Below, piece after piece: positions 50,073 to 60,749 of a stretch of DNA of 64,000 nt. This DNA is from an uncultured delta proteobacterium (GTDB lineage: Bacteria > Desulfobacterota > Binatia > UBA9968). Location of the stretch: contig CAWDPO010000037.1 of assembly GCA_963804165.1 (NCBI GenBank), positions 32,001-96,000 of the forward strand. The letters run 5' to 3'. Numbering within the stretch: the stretch's first letter is position 1; every line of letters begins with the position of its first letter. The notes under the pieces were generated by a model. That model ran no database searches. It saw only the letters and a program-made list of their open reading frames with translations, and was not told the DNA's origin. The translations under genes and the position numbers were made by a program.

Positions 50073-50486
50073 ATGCAGCGTAAAGAACCGGCAAGATTGA
50101 CTGGAAAGGAAACAGCCCGCAGCTTCAGGGGCGTTGTCGGTGCGGACACATACGAGGCATGGTTGCGCATGTTACGTAAGCTGGTTCCCGACGGGCGCAC
50201 GCACCGCCTTGCTGTCATGGTAGCGGGTATGCTGCAGTACGCGGTCGCCATGGCTGCTGTCCATCAACGCGAACATAAAGACGGTGCGTTGACTGCTTCT
50301 CTGCTGGAGGCCAGCGACATGAATGACCCGAGCGAGGTTAAAAGCTTGATCCATGATGCCGTGGTGCAGTTGTTCAAAGACGCCAGCGTACGGTTTGAAC
50401 GCACCAATGCCCGTGGCGACAAGTATAGCCTGGCCGAGGATAGCTACGAAGAGTTCATCCACTGGTTCGACATGCCTTGGGAATGA
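50073..50486 (+). CDS. Hypothetical protein
   Basis: 137 aa ATG-initiated ORF co-oriented with island genes. No motif recognised. Confidence 0.65.
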   Translation: MQRKEPARLTGKETARSFRGVVGADTYEAWLRMLRKLVPDGRTHRLAVMVAGMLQYAVAMAAVHQREHKDGALTASLLEASDMNDPSEVKSLIHDAVVQLFKDASVRFERTNARGDKYSLAEDSYEEFIHWFDMPWE

Positions 50487-50540
50487 CCATAATAGGTGTG
50501 TCCGATCCCGTGTTTCAAACGGTCACCTGACGAGGAACCC

Positions 50541-50864
50541 ATGACAAAAATCAACATCGACGAACTCAGCGAAGCGGAACTTATCGATCTAAACCATAAA
50601 GTTGTGGAAAGACTGCGATTCTTGAGCCAGATGCGCGCGCACTCGCAGATGTTAGACTATAAGATCGGCGAACGGGTCACCTTTCACCCGGACGGCTATC
50701 CGTCTTTGGTTGGGATCGTGACTCGCTACAATCGAAAATCGGTGACGGTGGTCACCGATGCCGGACAGCGCTGGAACGTTGCTCCAGCCTTGCTGCGCAG
50801 TGCCTCTCCAACTGGTGATGCGGACACCAGCAACGCCAAAGTTGTTCGGCTGAAAAGAGACTGA
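50541..50864 (+). CDS. Hypothetical protein (N-terminal helix plus SH3/KOW-like barrel)
   Basis: GAGG RBS. IDELSEAELIDLNHKVVERL...YKIGERVTF...GIVTRYNRKSVTVVTD...WNVAPALL. Confidence 0.75.
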   Translation: MTKINIDELSEAELIDLNHKVVERLRFLSQMRAHSQMLDYKIGERVTFHPDGYPSLVGIVTRYNRKSVTVVTDAGQRWNVAPALLRSASPTGDADTSNAKVVRLKRD

Positions 50865-50871
50865 CGAGGTC

Positions 50872-51486
50872 TTAACGAGCCCTGCTCGACCGCGTCTTGC
50901 GGGCTTGTTTGATTGGATGAGTTTGGTTCAGATACACGTCTGAAATCTTCGCGCCGTAAGCCAAGTGTTTTGGAAGAGCCCGGCTCAATTTTAGGAACGT
51001 TAGCTGGCAGGGTCTATCGATTAGCGGCGTTAATTCGATTGTCAGTGGGCCACTATTCCGGATTTCCAGGATTATTGGCCCGCTCCAGCCGGGCTGAATC
51101 CAAGGAGCTGTTTGGTGCATCGTCAGCCCGATTCTCGCGTAAGTGCTGCGGCCTTCGATCAAGCCGATTAGATCGTTTGGAATTTTTACGGTCTCGTACG
51201 TGGGAACGAGAACAAAGCCATCCGGTTCTAAGACAAAGGTTCGTCGGTTACCAAATTCATCAAACTCCGACAGCTCGGAAGTTTGCCAGAAGCCAGTCTC
51301 GCCTAAGCCCTGCAGACCGCGCGCGACAGATATTTTGAATCCGTCAATTTTTTTGAGTGTTGTGAAGCTCCGCCCAAGTCGTAAATCGACCGAGGCCTCG
51401 CCCCATTGGCTCTCTTCCAACGGTGGTTCAAAAACTATCTTTTTTGATTTGACGGCCTTTCGAATGTCGGGTTGCGACAGGACCAT
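50872..51486 (-). CDS. dcd: dCTP deaminase (trimeric dUTPase fold), atypical
   Basis: ASVDLRLG, IEGRSTYARIGL, HQTAPWIQPGWSGPIILEIRN, CQLTF, YLNQ. Confidence 0.88.
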   Translation of the reverse strand: MVLSQPDIRKAVKSKKIVFEPPLEESQWGEASVDLRLGRSFTTLKKIDGFKISVARGLQGLGETGFWQTSELSEFDEFGNRRTFVLEPDGFVLVPTYETVKIPNDLIGLIEGRSTYARIGLTMHQTAPWIQPGWSGPIILEIRNSGPLTIELTPLIDRPCQLTFLKLSRALPKHLAYGAKISDVYLNQTHPIKQARKTRSSRAR

Positions 51487-51508
51487 GTCTGTTAGGACAA
51501 GGCGATGA

Positions 51509-51805
51509 TTATGAGTGCGCTTGTATTAAATGATTGCGTGCCCAGCCCGATGAGACGGTTGTCAAACCAGCAGCGGTCGTGAAAAAAGAACCTGGAACCC
51601 GGACCTGCACCGACTCCGCACTTGCTTCGATTACCACGCCCCGGACGTAATCGCGTCCGTTACGTTGCACGACCAGTGAGCTTTTCAGGAAGCCGGATAC
51701 CACGCCCTTGTCCGACTCAATGGTTACGAGAACTTCGTCCGGAAATGCCCCCTGTTGAATCGTGCAAGGAATGTTTACAACTTGCCCCCGCCGAAACCGT
51801 GCCAT
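51509..51805 (-). CDS. Small beta-rich hypothetical protein, probably co-transcribed with dcd
   Basis: 98 aa with a purine-rich RBS (agggggaaat). Stop 22 bp before the dcd ATG. Confidence 0.75.
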   Translation of the reverse strand: MARFRRGQVVNIPCTIQQGAFPDEVLVTIESDKGVVSGFLKSSLVVQRNGRDYVRGVVIEASAESVQVRVPGSFFTTAAGLTTVSSGWARNHLIQAHS

Positions 51806-52086
51806 ATTTCCCCCTAACGCTTACTGCGATGGCGAGCATTGGGTCGGTGTGCTCGGCAAATGCCCAGAACAATTGGTTTAACTGGCAAGAAAGGTACTCG
51901 ATGCACGAGGATATGAAGCTTAGTACAACAAGTCGCGCTTTCGCGTCAATAAATATTTTATAGCATGCTGACGCTCCAACTCAACGCCTTCACGGTGCAC
52001 TGGAGAAATACGCGGGCTGCGATTTGACATAAAAGCGGGGGGACAGCTACAGTCGCCGAAAATTTATTAGGGGATTTTCCATTCTC

Positions 52087-53631
52087 ATGCCGCAAGCTTC
52101 ATTCAATCCGCCTTGGTTCGTGCGCAAGGACCTCGATGGCTTTTTCGGTCTGATGATCGATAACCTGATTCAGTTGATCCTCATCGTCGGTCTTTGCCGC
52201 GAGTTGATTCATCTGCCGGACGATTACATTTTTGGCAGGATTCTCCCCGGCGCAGCGATCTCGATTCTGGTCGGCAACTTTTTTTATGCCTGGCAGGCGC
52301 GCCAGTTAGCGCGCGAGACCGGCCGCGAGGATGTTACCGCGCTGCCCTACGGCATCAATACGGTAAGTCTCTTTGCCTTTGTCTTTTTCATCATGTTGCC
52401 GATTTATATCGAGACCAAAGATCCAGTCTGGGCTTGGAAAGTCGGCTTGGTCGCATGCTTCTTAAACGGCGTGATTGAGATCATTGGAGCATTTATTGCC
52501 GAGAGCGTGCGCCGTGTGACGCCGCGGGCCGCGCTGCTGTCGGCCCTTTCGGGAATCGCGATTACGTTCATCGCGATGGATTTCACGTTTAAGATTTTCG
52601 CCCGGCCGCTAGTGGCATTGCTGCCAATGGCGGTGATCTTTGTTGCATACTTCTCGCATCAAAAATTACCTCTCGGTTTGCCCGGCGGTATGCTGGCGAT
52701 CGCAATCGGCACCCTATTAGGTTGGGCCCTCGGAACAATGAGCGGCAAGGCAATTGTGACCGGCTATTCGTTCGCCGTGCCGGCCTTTGCGGGCGGCTCA
52801 CTTTGGGAAGCACTCACGGATCCGGCATTTCTCAATTATTTTTCGGTAATTTTTCCCATGGGTATTTTCAATGTGGTCGGGTCGCTGCAAAACATCGAGA
52901 GCGCCGAGGCCGCTGGCGACCGCTTCCGCACTTTTCCCTCGTTGATGGCAAACGGCATCGGTTCGATAGTCGCGGCGCTGTTCGGCAGCGTGTTTCCGAC
53001 GACGATTTATATCGGTCACCCAGGTTGGAAACGGCTCGGCGCGCGCTCCGGCTATTCCGCTTTGAACGGCATCTTCATCAGCTTTCTCTGTCTCACCGGC
53101 ACGATCCAAACCGTGCTCGGCCTGATTCCACTCGAAGCCGGCATCGGCATTCTGCTTTACATCGGCATCATTATCGTCGCTCAGGCGTTTCAAGAAACGC
53201 CGAAAGAGCATGCTCCGGCGGTTGCCCTCGGCATTGTCCCCGCTCTCGCTGGTTGGGGCTTATTGATGGTCGAGACGGGTCTGCGCGCCGCGGGAAAGTC
53301 TCTGTTCGAAGTCGGACTGCCGCGGTTTGGCCAGGAGAGCCTGGCGATTCACGGCATGATCTCCTTGGAGCGCGGCTTCATATTTACCTCGATGATACTC
53401 GCGGCCATCGGCGTCGCGCTGATCGAGCGCAAGTTCGCACGCGCCGGCGCGTGGTCGGTGGTGGCGGCGTTACTATCTGCCTTCGGCATCATTCATGCTT
53501 ATGAACTTACCCCAGGTGGGATTACGAGCCGTTTTGGATTCATGGCCGCGCCGGATTTCTTTTTGAGCTATCTGCTCTTGGCGGCGCTGTTTATCGCCGT
53601 TGCGGTTTGGGCAAGAAAAGACACTCGATGA
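52087..53631 (+). CDS. NCS2/AzgA-like nucleobase permease family protein
   Basis: DLDGFFGL, TALPYGINT, NIESAEAAGD, FPTTIYIGHPGWK and many TMs. Upstream TTGACA-N18-TACAGT. Confidence 0.85.
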   Translation: MPQASFNPPWFVRKDLDGFFGLMIDNLIQLILIVGLCRELIHLPDDYIFGRILPGAAISILVGNFFYAWQARQLARETGREDVTALPYGINTVSLFAFVFFIMLPIYIETKDPVWAWKVGLVACFLNGVIEIIGAFIAESVRRVTPRAALLSALSGIAITFIAMDFTFKIFARPLVALLPMAVIFVAYFSHQKLPLGLPGGMLAIAIGTLLGWALGTMSGKAIVTGYSFAVPAFAGGSLWEALTDPAFLNYFSVIFPMGIFNVVGSLQNIESAEAAGDRFRTFPSLMANGIGSIVAALFGSVFPTTIYIGHPGWKRLGARSGYSALNGIFISFLCLTGTIQTVLGLIPLEAGIGILLYIGIIIVAQAFQETPKEHAPAVALGIVPALAGWGLLMVETGLRAAGKSLFEVGLPRFGQESLAIHGMISLERGFIFTSMILAAIGVALIERKFARAGAWSVVAALLSAFGIIHAYELTPGGITSRFGFMAAPDFFLSYLLLAALFIAVAVWARKDTR

Positions 53632-53645
53632 AATCGAGCGTCGAT

Positions 53646-54278
53646 TTAAGACCGCGTGACGAGTGATGACGGCGTGTATTCTCGGCTGTTGACCTCAGTG
53701 AGATCCCAGGCGCCGCCGTCGTACTTGAGACGCGTAATGCCGCACGGGTCGAGGTGAAACGTACGATATTCGTTCAGGTGGGTGCCGCTGACGCGGCAAA
53801 TGATTCCTAAAATCGGAAAGTTGTGACTGACCACGACAATGCTTTCTGTGTCGGCATGACGTTGCACGATTTGATTGAGACCATTCCAGGCGCGCTCGGC
53901 GACGTCCGCAAGTCTTTCGCCGCCGGGAACGCGGATCTCGGCAGGCTCGCTGCGCCAGCGCACTAAGAAATCGGCAAAACTTGCTGTGATTTCATTAAAC
54001 GTTAAACCTTCGAGTTTGCCGTGATCGAGCTCGCGCACGTCTTCTTCGATCAAGACGGGCAAGTTATGCGGCTCGCTGATGCGCTCAGCGGTTTGCCGCG
54101 CGCGACGAAGATTGCTCGAATAGATCGCGTGAAACTCCTCCGCACTCAGCAGCTCGGAGATCTGTTCGGCTTGGCGGATGCCGACCTCGCTTAGATCGCG
54201 ATCCGTCGAGCCTTGACAGCGGCCCTGGAGATTCCAATCGGTGGCGCCGTGGCGCACGAGGACAACTTGCACGATCAA
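53646..54278 (-). CDS. Histidine phosphatase (phosphoglycerate mutase/CobC-like)
   Basis: LVRHGATDWN, SSNLRRARQTA, ELDHGKLEG, VVVSH. Confidence 0.92.
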   Translation of the reverse strand: MIVQVVLVRHGATDWNLQGRCQGSTDRDLSEVGIRQAEQISELLSAEEFHAIYSSNLRRARQTAERISEPHNLPVLIEEDVRELDHGKLEGLTFNEITASFADFLVRWRSEPAEIRVPGGERLADVAERAWNGLNQIVQRHADTESIVVVSHNFPILGIICRVSGTHLNEYRTFHLDPCGITRLKYDGGAWDLTEVNSREYTPSSLVTRS

Positions 54279-54296
54279 ATGACTCCGAATTGCGGT

Positions 54297-56207
54297 TTAA
54301 CTCTCTTCAAGAAACGCGTTGTTGATTTTAATCTTCGCTTTCGCCTTTAGACTGTCGAGGAATTTTATCAGCACACGCTGGCGGTTTTCGGCGATCGCTT
54401 GCTTCATCAAGTTGGCTTTTTCTTTTTCGAACTGTTCCATGTCGGCGCTCTGGCGGTCTTTGAATGCCAAAACGTAGACAGTATCTTTTTGGGTATAGAG
54501 CCTTTCAGCGACGGGCTTTTGCGCCGAGAGCGCGATCGCCCCTCCCTTGAGATCGGCCAGCTCGCCGATCTTCGGTAGTTGCGGCGCGCTGCGCATGAAC
54601 CAGCCGGTCTCTTCAACTGTCACGCCATGAGTTTGCGCCAGCTTCGAGATGTCTTTTTCTTTTTTCAACTGCTCGAGCAAGCTGTTGCCTTTTTGCAGGG
54701 CCAGCTCATATGCCTTGGATTCTCTCAACCCCTTCTCAATTTGACCGCGCACAGTGTCGAGCGGCGGGATGGCCGGTGCTTTTCTCTCCTTGAGGCGCAA
54801 TAAATAGTAAGCGGTTTTTCCTTCAATGATCGGACTGATATCTTTCGAACCCAAGGTAAAAGCATTCTTGTAAAATTCCTGGTTTTCGCCGATTTCCGGG
54901 ACCGTCTCGCCGTTAGCGAGCCAATTCGTGATGCTCAGCTTGGCGCCGCTTTCTTGCGCCAGCTTGGTCAGATCGCTGCCCGACTGCGCCTTCTCGCGGT
55001 CTTTGTCGGCGATCTTGCCGGCTTCGCGCTTGCCCTTTTCGGCTTTTAGTATCTTTGCAATTTCCGCGCTGGCTTCTTTGAGCGTCTGCGTTTTTTCGTC
55101 TTTGACGTCTTCCACTTTGAAGATTTGAAAACCTGCCGGCGTGTCGATCGCATCGCTCACGGCGCCCTTGGTAAGACTAAAAATCGTTTTCTCGACCGCT
55201 GGCGGCACCTGCCCCTGCGCGACCCAGCCCAGATCGCCGCCTTTCTCGGCCGTAGGATCTTCCGAAGCACGCTTCGCCAATTCGGCAAAGTCTTTAGCGC
55301 TGCGGGCTTCTTTGACGATGTCGGCGGCGCGCGCCTGCGCGGCCTTTTTCTGGCCGGCATCGGCGCCTGGCGCTACGCGGATGGAGATATAGCGCACTTT
55401 CGCTGCTTTCGGATTGTGAAATTTGTCGTTGCGATTGGCTTGGTAATATTCTTCGATCTCTTTCTCGCTCACCTGGACTGACGCCGCGAATTGATCGTAG
55501 GGGTAGCTCAAATACTCGATTTGTATTTTCAGCGGCTCTTTGAGCGATTCTTTATTGCGCTCATAATATTTCTTAACCTCGTCTTCGGTTGGATTGACTT
55601 GCGCGGCAAAATCACCGGTCGGCAATTTGATGTAATTGAGATTGATTTTTTCCTGGTCAATCCGAAAACGATCGAGAACTTCGGCGTCGTTTACATGGAC
55701 GGAGTCAAGAACGATACTGTAAAGACGCTGAATCGTCAGTTGGTCGCGTTGGTCCTCTTCAAACCGCGCCGGCAATATTCGATTGGTCTGAAGAATTTGC
55801 AGATAGCGTTCCTTGTTGAAACGTCCGGCGAGCTGAAACTCCGGCACTTGGGCGAGCTGTTCCGCGAGATCGTCGTCCGTTGCGGTAAGTCCGAGCGTAC
55901 GCGCCTCCTGAAGCACGACCTTTTTCTGGATGAGTTCTTCAAGCAGGGAGGCTCTGATGTTCAGGCCCTTGATCATCTCCGGAGTGAGCGATCCCTTCAG
56001 AAGCTGGCGATAGCGCTCCACGGCACGCTCGTAAACCTCGGCGAATTCTCGCTGACTGATAGTTTCGCCGTTGACCTCGGCAACCTCTACAGCGCTTTGG
56101 TCGCCACGCTTGTCGCTGCCAACGAATAAGGCAAAGGTTACAACGATCACGCCCAAAAATAAGACGATCACCCAGTTTCTTTTCCGCTTGCGTAAAAAAT
56201 CAAGCAT
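54297..56207 (-). CDS. ppiD: PpiD/SurA-like periplasmic chaperone with rotamase domain
   Basis: N-terminal TM, VAEVNGETIS, DFAELAKRASED...KGGDLGWV; 636 aa. Confidence 0.87.
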   Translation of the reverse strand: MLDFLRKRKRNWVIVLFLGVIVVTFALFVGSDKRGDQSAVEVAEVNGETISQREFAEVYERAVERYRQLLKGSLTPEMIKGLNIRASLLEELIQKKVVLQEARTLGLTATDDDLAEQLAQVPEFQLAGRFNKERYLQILQTNRILPARFEEDQRDQLTIQRLYSIVLDSVHVNDAEVLDRFRIDQEKINLNYIKLPTGDFAAQVNPTEDEVKKYYERNKESLKEPLKIQIEYLSYPYDQFAASVQVSEKEIEEYYQANRNDKFHNPKAAKVRYISIRVAPGADAGQKKAAQARAADIVKEARSAKDFAELAKRASEDPTAEKGGDLGWVAQGQVPPAVEKTIFSLTKGAVSDAIDTPAGFQIFKVEDVKDEKTQTLKEASAEIAKILKAEKGKREAGKIADKDREKAQSGSDLTKLAQESGAKLSITNWLANGETVPEIGENQEFYKNAFTLGSKDISPIIEGKTAYYLLRLKERKAPAIPPLDTVRGQIEKGLRESKAYELALQKGNSLLEQLKKEKDISKLAQTHGVTVEETGWFMRSAPQLPKIGELADLKGGAIALSAQKPVAERLYTQKDTVYVLAFKDRQSADMEQFEKEKANLMKQAIAENRQRVLIKFLDSLKAKAKIKINNAFLEES

Positions 56208-56301
56208 TTTTTCTTGGTAGCCTTTCGGAGCGATGCGGTAAAAACAGCCCGATTATGATAAAAAATGGCTCTTCTCATTGCAACCCAGCGGGCTCGGTTA
56301 A

Positions 56302-57438
<1,137 letters not shown>

Positions 57439-57485
57439 GCGCGAGGTTCCATGCATTCTCATTATTGGAGGCAATCGAGCCTTCC

Positions 57486-58319
57486 ATGTTCGCTTTTCTT
57501 CGTAAGAATCAAGTTCCGCTAAGCGCTTGTTTTTGTCTCCTTCTGTCAATTTATATTTTGATCGCTGCGTCGCGCGGTCAGTTGAAAAATGAACCGCTCG
57601 GCGCGCTGTTGATGTGGATTATGCGGCCGCTGCAAATTGCCTCGCAGGGTGCCGTCAACTGGATCATAGACTTTCGTGAAAATTACGACACTTTGGCGGG
57701 ATTCAAGACCGAAAACGAAAGACTACGGAAGCGCATCGAAAATCTTGAAGTTGAAAAACAGAAGTATTTAGAAGCGGACGCGACCAACCGGCAGCTCAAA
57801 CAGCTGCTTGATTTGCGCAGCCACTTGTCAGCTGGCGCGATCACTGCTTCAATTATCGCTAACAGCGCCACGAGCTGGTTTAAAAGCTGTCAGATCGACA
57901 AAGGCAGCCTCGACGGCGTCCGCAAAGGAATGGCGGTAGTGACTCCCCAGGGCGTTGTCGGCCAAGTCGTCGCGGTCACGCCGCGCACGGGGAAGGTGAT
58001 ATTACTGACGGATCCAAACAGTGGTATCGATGTGCTCGTGCAACGGACACGCAGCCGGGGCATCGTCTCCGGATCCTTGGAAAACGGCACGGTATTGAAA
58101 TACGTGAAGCGGAGCGAGGATATTCAACCAGGAGATCGGCTCATTACCTCGGGCATGGACGGCGTTTTCCCCAAGGGCATGATGGTCGGAACGGTGATCA
58201 AGGTTCGAAAACAACACATAGGCCTGTTTCAATTCATCGAAGTCCTTCCCGCCGTACAAACCCCGCTTACCGAGAATGTCCTGGTGGTCGCTGCCGACAG
58301 CGGCGCGGCAAAAAATTAA
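57486..58319 (+). CDS. mreC: Rod shape-determining protein MreC
   Basis: TM plus coiled coil, IDKGSLDGV, GVVGQV, ITSGMDGVFPKG; operon position. Confidence 0.95.
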   Translation: MFAFLRKNQVPLSACFCLLLSIYILIAASRGQLKNEPLGALLMWIMRPLQIASQGAVNWIIDFRENYDTLAGFKTENERLRKRIENLEVEKQKYLEADATNRQLKQLLDLRSHLSAGAITASIIANSATSWFKSCQIDKGSLDGVRKGMAVVTPQGVVGQVVAVTPRTGKVILLTDPNSGIDVLVQRTRSRGIVSGSLENGTVLKYVKRSEDIQPGDRLITSGMDGVFPKGMMVGTVIKVRKQHIGLFQFIEVLPAVQTPLTENVLVVAADSGAAKN

Positions 58320-58352
58320 TCTTTAAAGCCTATAACCGGAAGCTATTTCCCG

Positions 58353-58859
58353 ATGCGGTTGTTCTTACTTTTTTTCCTTGTCGGAATTTTTGTGCTTCTT
58401 TTGCAGACAACCCTGCTTCATTTGGTACCCGGCGGTCTCATTGTACCTGATTTAACGCTCCTGGTATGTGTGTACTTGGGAATGTATCATCCCACGGTAG
58501 GGGCGGCGTTAGGCTCTTTCTTGCTCGGTTATTCAATCGATATTGTGTCAAGCAGGATCATCGGTGTTAACGCCTTCGCCATGTCTCTTGTATTCTTATC
58601 GGTATATTTCAGTTCGCGCTCGATCTGGTTACAGAATCCTATGGTGAGTTCGCTGGTCGTGTTGCTGGCGGCGTTAGTCAAAGGCGCGGCTCTGGTCTTG
58701 GTATCGGCGGTTTTCGTAAGCGTAGAAGGGTTCTGGGTCGGCGCGGCTTGGTATATAATCAAGGAAGCACTACTGGCCGCCGTGCTTGCGCCGATGGTTT
58801 TCGCGCTATTGCGCCGTGGCGAAAACTACGTCGACAGGGTTCGCTCAGCAGCTCAGTAG
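58353..58859 (+). CDS. mreD: Rod shape-determining protein MreD
   Basis: Hydrophobic, VPDLTLLV...GYSIDI...GVNAF; operon position. Confidence 0.9.
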   Translation: MRLFLLFFLVGIFVLLLQTTLLHLVPGGLIVPDLTLLVCVYLGMYHPTVGAALGSFLLGYSIDIVSSRIIGVNAFAMSLVFLSVYFSSRSIWLQNPMVSSLVVLLAALVKGAALVLVSAVFVSVEGFWVGAAWYIIKEALLAAVLAPMVFALLRRGENYVDRVRSAAQ

Positions 58860-58868
58860 AACAGAACC

Positions 58869-60749
58869 ATGGCAGCATTGGCCGAGATCAATAAGCAAGA
58901 TGGCGCGCCGGAACTGCGCCGTCGCGTCAGACTGCTCTACCTTATTCTTGCCGTTTCCTTTCTGGCGCTCACCAGCCGCCTGGTGGTCCTGCAACTCATT
59001 CAGGGAGAGCGATACACCTTTTTGTCCGAAAATAATCGCGTCCGCATAAAGCGAGTGCCGGGCACACGCGGGATGATCTTCGACCGTCGAGGTCAGTTGC
59101 TGGTCGACAGCCGCCCGTCCTTCGATCTCATCTTTGTGTCCGAGGACAGCGAGAGTCCGGAAGCTACCCTGCGCCTGCTGGCGCGTTACTTGCGCCGCGA
59201 TGAAGGCGAACTTCTTAAGACCTTTGAGGAGAATAAAAGCCGAGCCGCCTTCGACGAATTGGTCATCGGCCGCGACATCGAGTGGTCGGAGATTGTCGCC
59301 GTGGAAGCACACCAGCTTGATCTGCCGGGCGTCAGTCTACGAGCCCGACCACGGCGCAGTTATGCCGATGGACCGATGGCGGCGCATGTCTTGGGCTACA
59401 TGGGCGAGATCAACCAAAAGCAACTTAAAATACTCAAAGAGCAAGGATATACGATCGGCGATGAAATCGGCCAATATGGACTCGAACGGCGCTGGGAAGA
59501 GTTGCTGCGCGGTCAGAGCGGCGGGCAACAAGTCGAAGTCGACGCACTGGGCCGGCGTGTGCGCGTGCTCCACGAGGTGACCGACGTTCCCGGATATACA
59601 GTCCATCTGACTTTGGACCGGCAGCTTCAAGAAACCGCATATGAGGCACTCAAAGGTAAAGAGGGTACCATCGTTGCCATCGATGTTCACAATGGGGCAA
59701 TCCTCGCGCTCGCAAGTACTCCGGCGTTCGATCCAAACGCTTTTGCGCGCGGTATCAAATCCGAAGAATGGAGCGGATTAATAAAGGACCAACTGCGCCC
59801 GCTCAGCAATCGCGCGATTCAAGGTCAGTATCCGCCGGGGTCGACTTTCAAGATCATTATGGCGATCGCCGGTCTCGAAGAGGGCGTCGTCCAGCCGGAA
59901 AGTTTTATTCAGGACCCGGGCTTTTATCCTTTCGGTAACCGCAGTTTTCGCGATTGGAAGAAAGGCGGCCACGGCGCAGTCAATCTGCATAAAGCGATTG
60001 TCGAGTCTTGCGACACCTACTTCTATCAACTGGGTCCGAAGCTCGGCGTTGATCGAATCGCCAAATGGGCGCGCGCTTTCGGATTAGGTGAAAAAACCGG
60101 TTTGGCCTTGGACGACGAAAAAGGCGGCACCATTCCTGATACCGAGTGGAAAAGAAGACGATTTCGTCAGCCCTGGTTTCCCGGCGAGACGGTGTCCGTG
60201 GCGATCGGTCAAGGCTACGTCACCGTGACGCCGTTGCAGCTCGCCAACATGATGGCCGCAGTGGCCAACGGCGGCAAACTTTATCGTCCGTTTGTTGTCC
60301 GCAAGGTGGAGTCCGTCGACGGTGCGACCGTGCGCGAATATGGGCCGGAGCTTATTCGCAGCATTGAACTTAAAGAGGACACCCTAAAGCGCGTGCATAG
60401 TGCGCTCGCCGACGTCGTCAGCGGTGCCGGCGGCACGGGAGGCGCGGCTAGATCCCAGGCTATTACGGTCGCCGGCAAGACCGGCACTGCGCAGGTCGTC
60501 GAGATGAAGGGCGCATATGTCAAATCCGAACAGTTGACCTATTTCAACCGCGATCACGCCTGGTTCGTTTCCTACGCCCCGGTGGATAATCCGCAAGTGG
60601 CCATCGCGGTCCTGGTCGAGCATGGTGGCCATGGCGGCGAAGCCGCCGCGCCCATGGCCAAAAAGGTTTTCGAGAAGTTTATCGCACTGCAGAAGCAATC
60701 CACGGACAAGCAACAGGTGCGCGTGGACGGAGAGAGCCGTGCAAATTGA
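58869..60749 (+). CDS. mrdA: Penicillin-binding protein 2
   Basis: RGMIFDR, PGSTFK (SxxK), SCD, AGKTGTAQ, DHAWF. Confidence 0.96.
   Translation: MAALAEINKQDGAPELRRRVRLLYLILAVSFLALTSRLVVLQLIQGERYTFLSENNRVRIKRVPGTRGMIFDRRGQLLVDSRPSFDLIFVSEDSESPEATLRLLARYLRRDEGELLKTFEENKSRAAFDELVIGRDIEWSEIVAVEAHQLDLPGVSLRARPRRSYADGPMAAHVLGYMGEINQKQLKILKEQGYTIGDEIGQYGLERRWEELLRGQSGGQQVEVDALGRRVRVLHEVTDVPGYTVHLTLDRQLQETAYEALKGKEGTIVAIDVHNGAILALASTPAFDPNAFARGIKSEEWSGLIKDQLRPLSNRAIQGQYPPGSTFKIIMAIAGLEEGVVQPESFIQDPGFYPFGNRSFRDWKKGGHGAVNLHKAIVESCDTYFYQLGPKLGVDRIAKWARAFGLGEKTGLALDDEKGGTIPDTEWKRRRFRQPWFPGETVSVAIGQGYVTVTPLQLANMMAAVANGGKLYRPFVVRKVESVDGATVREYGPELIRSIELKEDTLKRVHSALADVVSGAGGTGGAARSQAITVAGKTGTAQVVEMKGAYVKSEQLTYFNRDHAWFVSYAPVDNPQVAIAVLVEHGGHGGEAAAPMAKKVFEKFIALQKQSTDKQQVRVDGESRAN

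Noticed and set aside
50872-51486. Known AvcD-type anti-phage dCTP deaminase
   Set aside because: There is no P-loop kinase domain or HAE/PCxxC zinc motif. This protein has the trimeric dUTPase fold.
51487-51820. Integron cassette signature (GTTAGGG before and CCTAAC after the 98-aa gene)
   Set aside because: No complete attC hairpin follows, the dcd ATG is only a few bases later, no integrase is present, and other island genes lack such sites.
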